From the NCBI RefSeq assembly GCF_006345805.1, contig NC_043002.1, positions 45,694,001-45,758,000 of the forward strand: a stretch of 64,000 nucleotides of DNA, read 5' to 3'. The notes below the pieces were generated by a model. That model was not told the origin of the DNA, made no database searches, and saw only the letters and a list, made by a program, of their open reading frames with translations. A program made the translations under genes and the position numbers. This document shows, piece by piece, positions 62,673-64,000 of the stretch. The number at the start of each line of letters is the position of its first letter. Within the stretch, counting starts at the first letter, position 1. The stretch comes from Octopus sinensis. Lineage: Eukaryota.

Positions 62673-64000
62673 ATATATATATATATATATATATGTATAT
62701 ATCATTCAACTATGGTGGTAGTTGAAATATATTCTTAAGGCTGCAATTTATTCACATGCAGCATCTTCAGAGCTTTGTTGCTAATTTAGTTCTTACCTAA
62801 ATTAAAAACTGTTAACATTTTTGAAGAGGACTGGTCCCTAGCTACATTTTGGCATAAAAAATTAAGATTTGGTCCAATAGAAAAAAGTTTACATCAAAAT
62901 CTGTTGCAATGTTATAGGAGAGTAAGTAACGTCTCCAATCAAGTTTAGATCTAAATAACTTTTCAATTTCAAAAGCAAATTATATTTATCTTAGCTTCAA
63001 TGATGGAAGAAAGCATGAGAAATTCCATAGTTTTGGTCCCATGCAACAAAACTTTGTATAAAAAAAGTTGTGAGGTAAAATATCATGAAAAAATATATAA
63101 GTAAGGCAAAAAATTGGATTTAAGTATAATTAACTTCTTTATTTTAAAAAATAAACTATATTTTAATTAAGCTTAAATGATAGAGCTCAATTCAAAGAAT
63201 TTCACGTTATCAATCTCATATAGTGAAGTTTTAACAGAAAAATGTTATGAGTGTTTGTTTCTCAAATTTGAGGGTGGTAATATAGTTTTATACTTTTTAT
63301 GAATATAGCTCTATAAGGGGACTTTTAATATATGTCATCAGCATCATTGAGGTTATGAAAAAATTATGAACGACACTGCTAATTTGCAATTAGTTTAATT
63401 ACGTCATCTGTATTAATTAATGCAATTATATCATGTAAAAACTGTCCTGTAATATCTGATATGAGAAACAGAGCCATAGTAGTTTACGTTGACAGAAATT
63501 TTTCAGTAAGGCAAAACATTGAATTTAAGTATAATAAACTTTTTATTTTAAAAACAAACTATATTTTAATTAAATTTAAATGATAGACCTCAAGTCGAGG
63601 AGTTACTAATCTTATTTTTATTTTTTATATTAAAACTTTTAATTTAATTCAATAATAATAATAATAATAATAATAATAATTTAATCACAAAGAGGAAAAA
63701 AATTAAAATATTATTTAGAAATTTATTAAATTTATTATTTAATTTTCAATAAGGTAAAATCTTAAATTATTAATTGACACATTATTAATTAGCATAATAG
63801 CATAGCCTAGGGAAAACATGGATTACATGGAGAAATGCGAGCATGATAAATAATATTCTTAAGATTATAAACCTGGAAAAGTACAGGAAAAGTTATTACC
63901 AGTTAAGGATAAAATTTGAATATTAAAAATCATTTGATTTTAATTTACAAAGTAACATTATAATTAAAAAAAGGTGCCATCATTTTGTTAAAAAATTGAC

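Overview
AT-rich, microsatellite-dense eukaryotic genomic DNA, very probably from an octopus (inferred from repeat content and a molluscan-type MyD88, not from a search). Two protein-coding genes are supported. (1) The 3' five exons of a MyD88 gene on the + strand (5447-15684; linker plus complete TIR domain; death-domain exon not seen in the window). (2) A three-exon, phase-compatible fragment of an unrecognised N-glycosylation-rich, mucin/SEA-like protein on the + strand (about 55182-61466). The rest is layered transposon debris: a full-length Tigger/pogo, several mariners (one nested in a DD37D/maT-like element), hAT and piggyBac-type MITEs, CR1, L2/Crack-like and RTE LINE pieces, at least three tRNA-headed SINE families and several Penelope-like element (PLE) remnants. 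The most notable hidden layer is a set of hammerhead-ribozyme-like motifs from several unrelated PLE-type repeats. One belongs to a tRNA-Ser(GCT)-headed, hammerhead-tailed SINE-like element folded back as a ~220-bp-arm hairpin just behind the MyD88 polyA signal. Another lies in a 473-nt tandem unit resembling a retrozyme/pLTR. Almost all ORFs in the supplied track are microsatellite artefacts. All assignments come from reading the sequence by eye; TE boundaries without TIR/TSD evidence are approximate.
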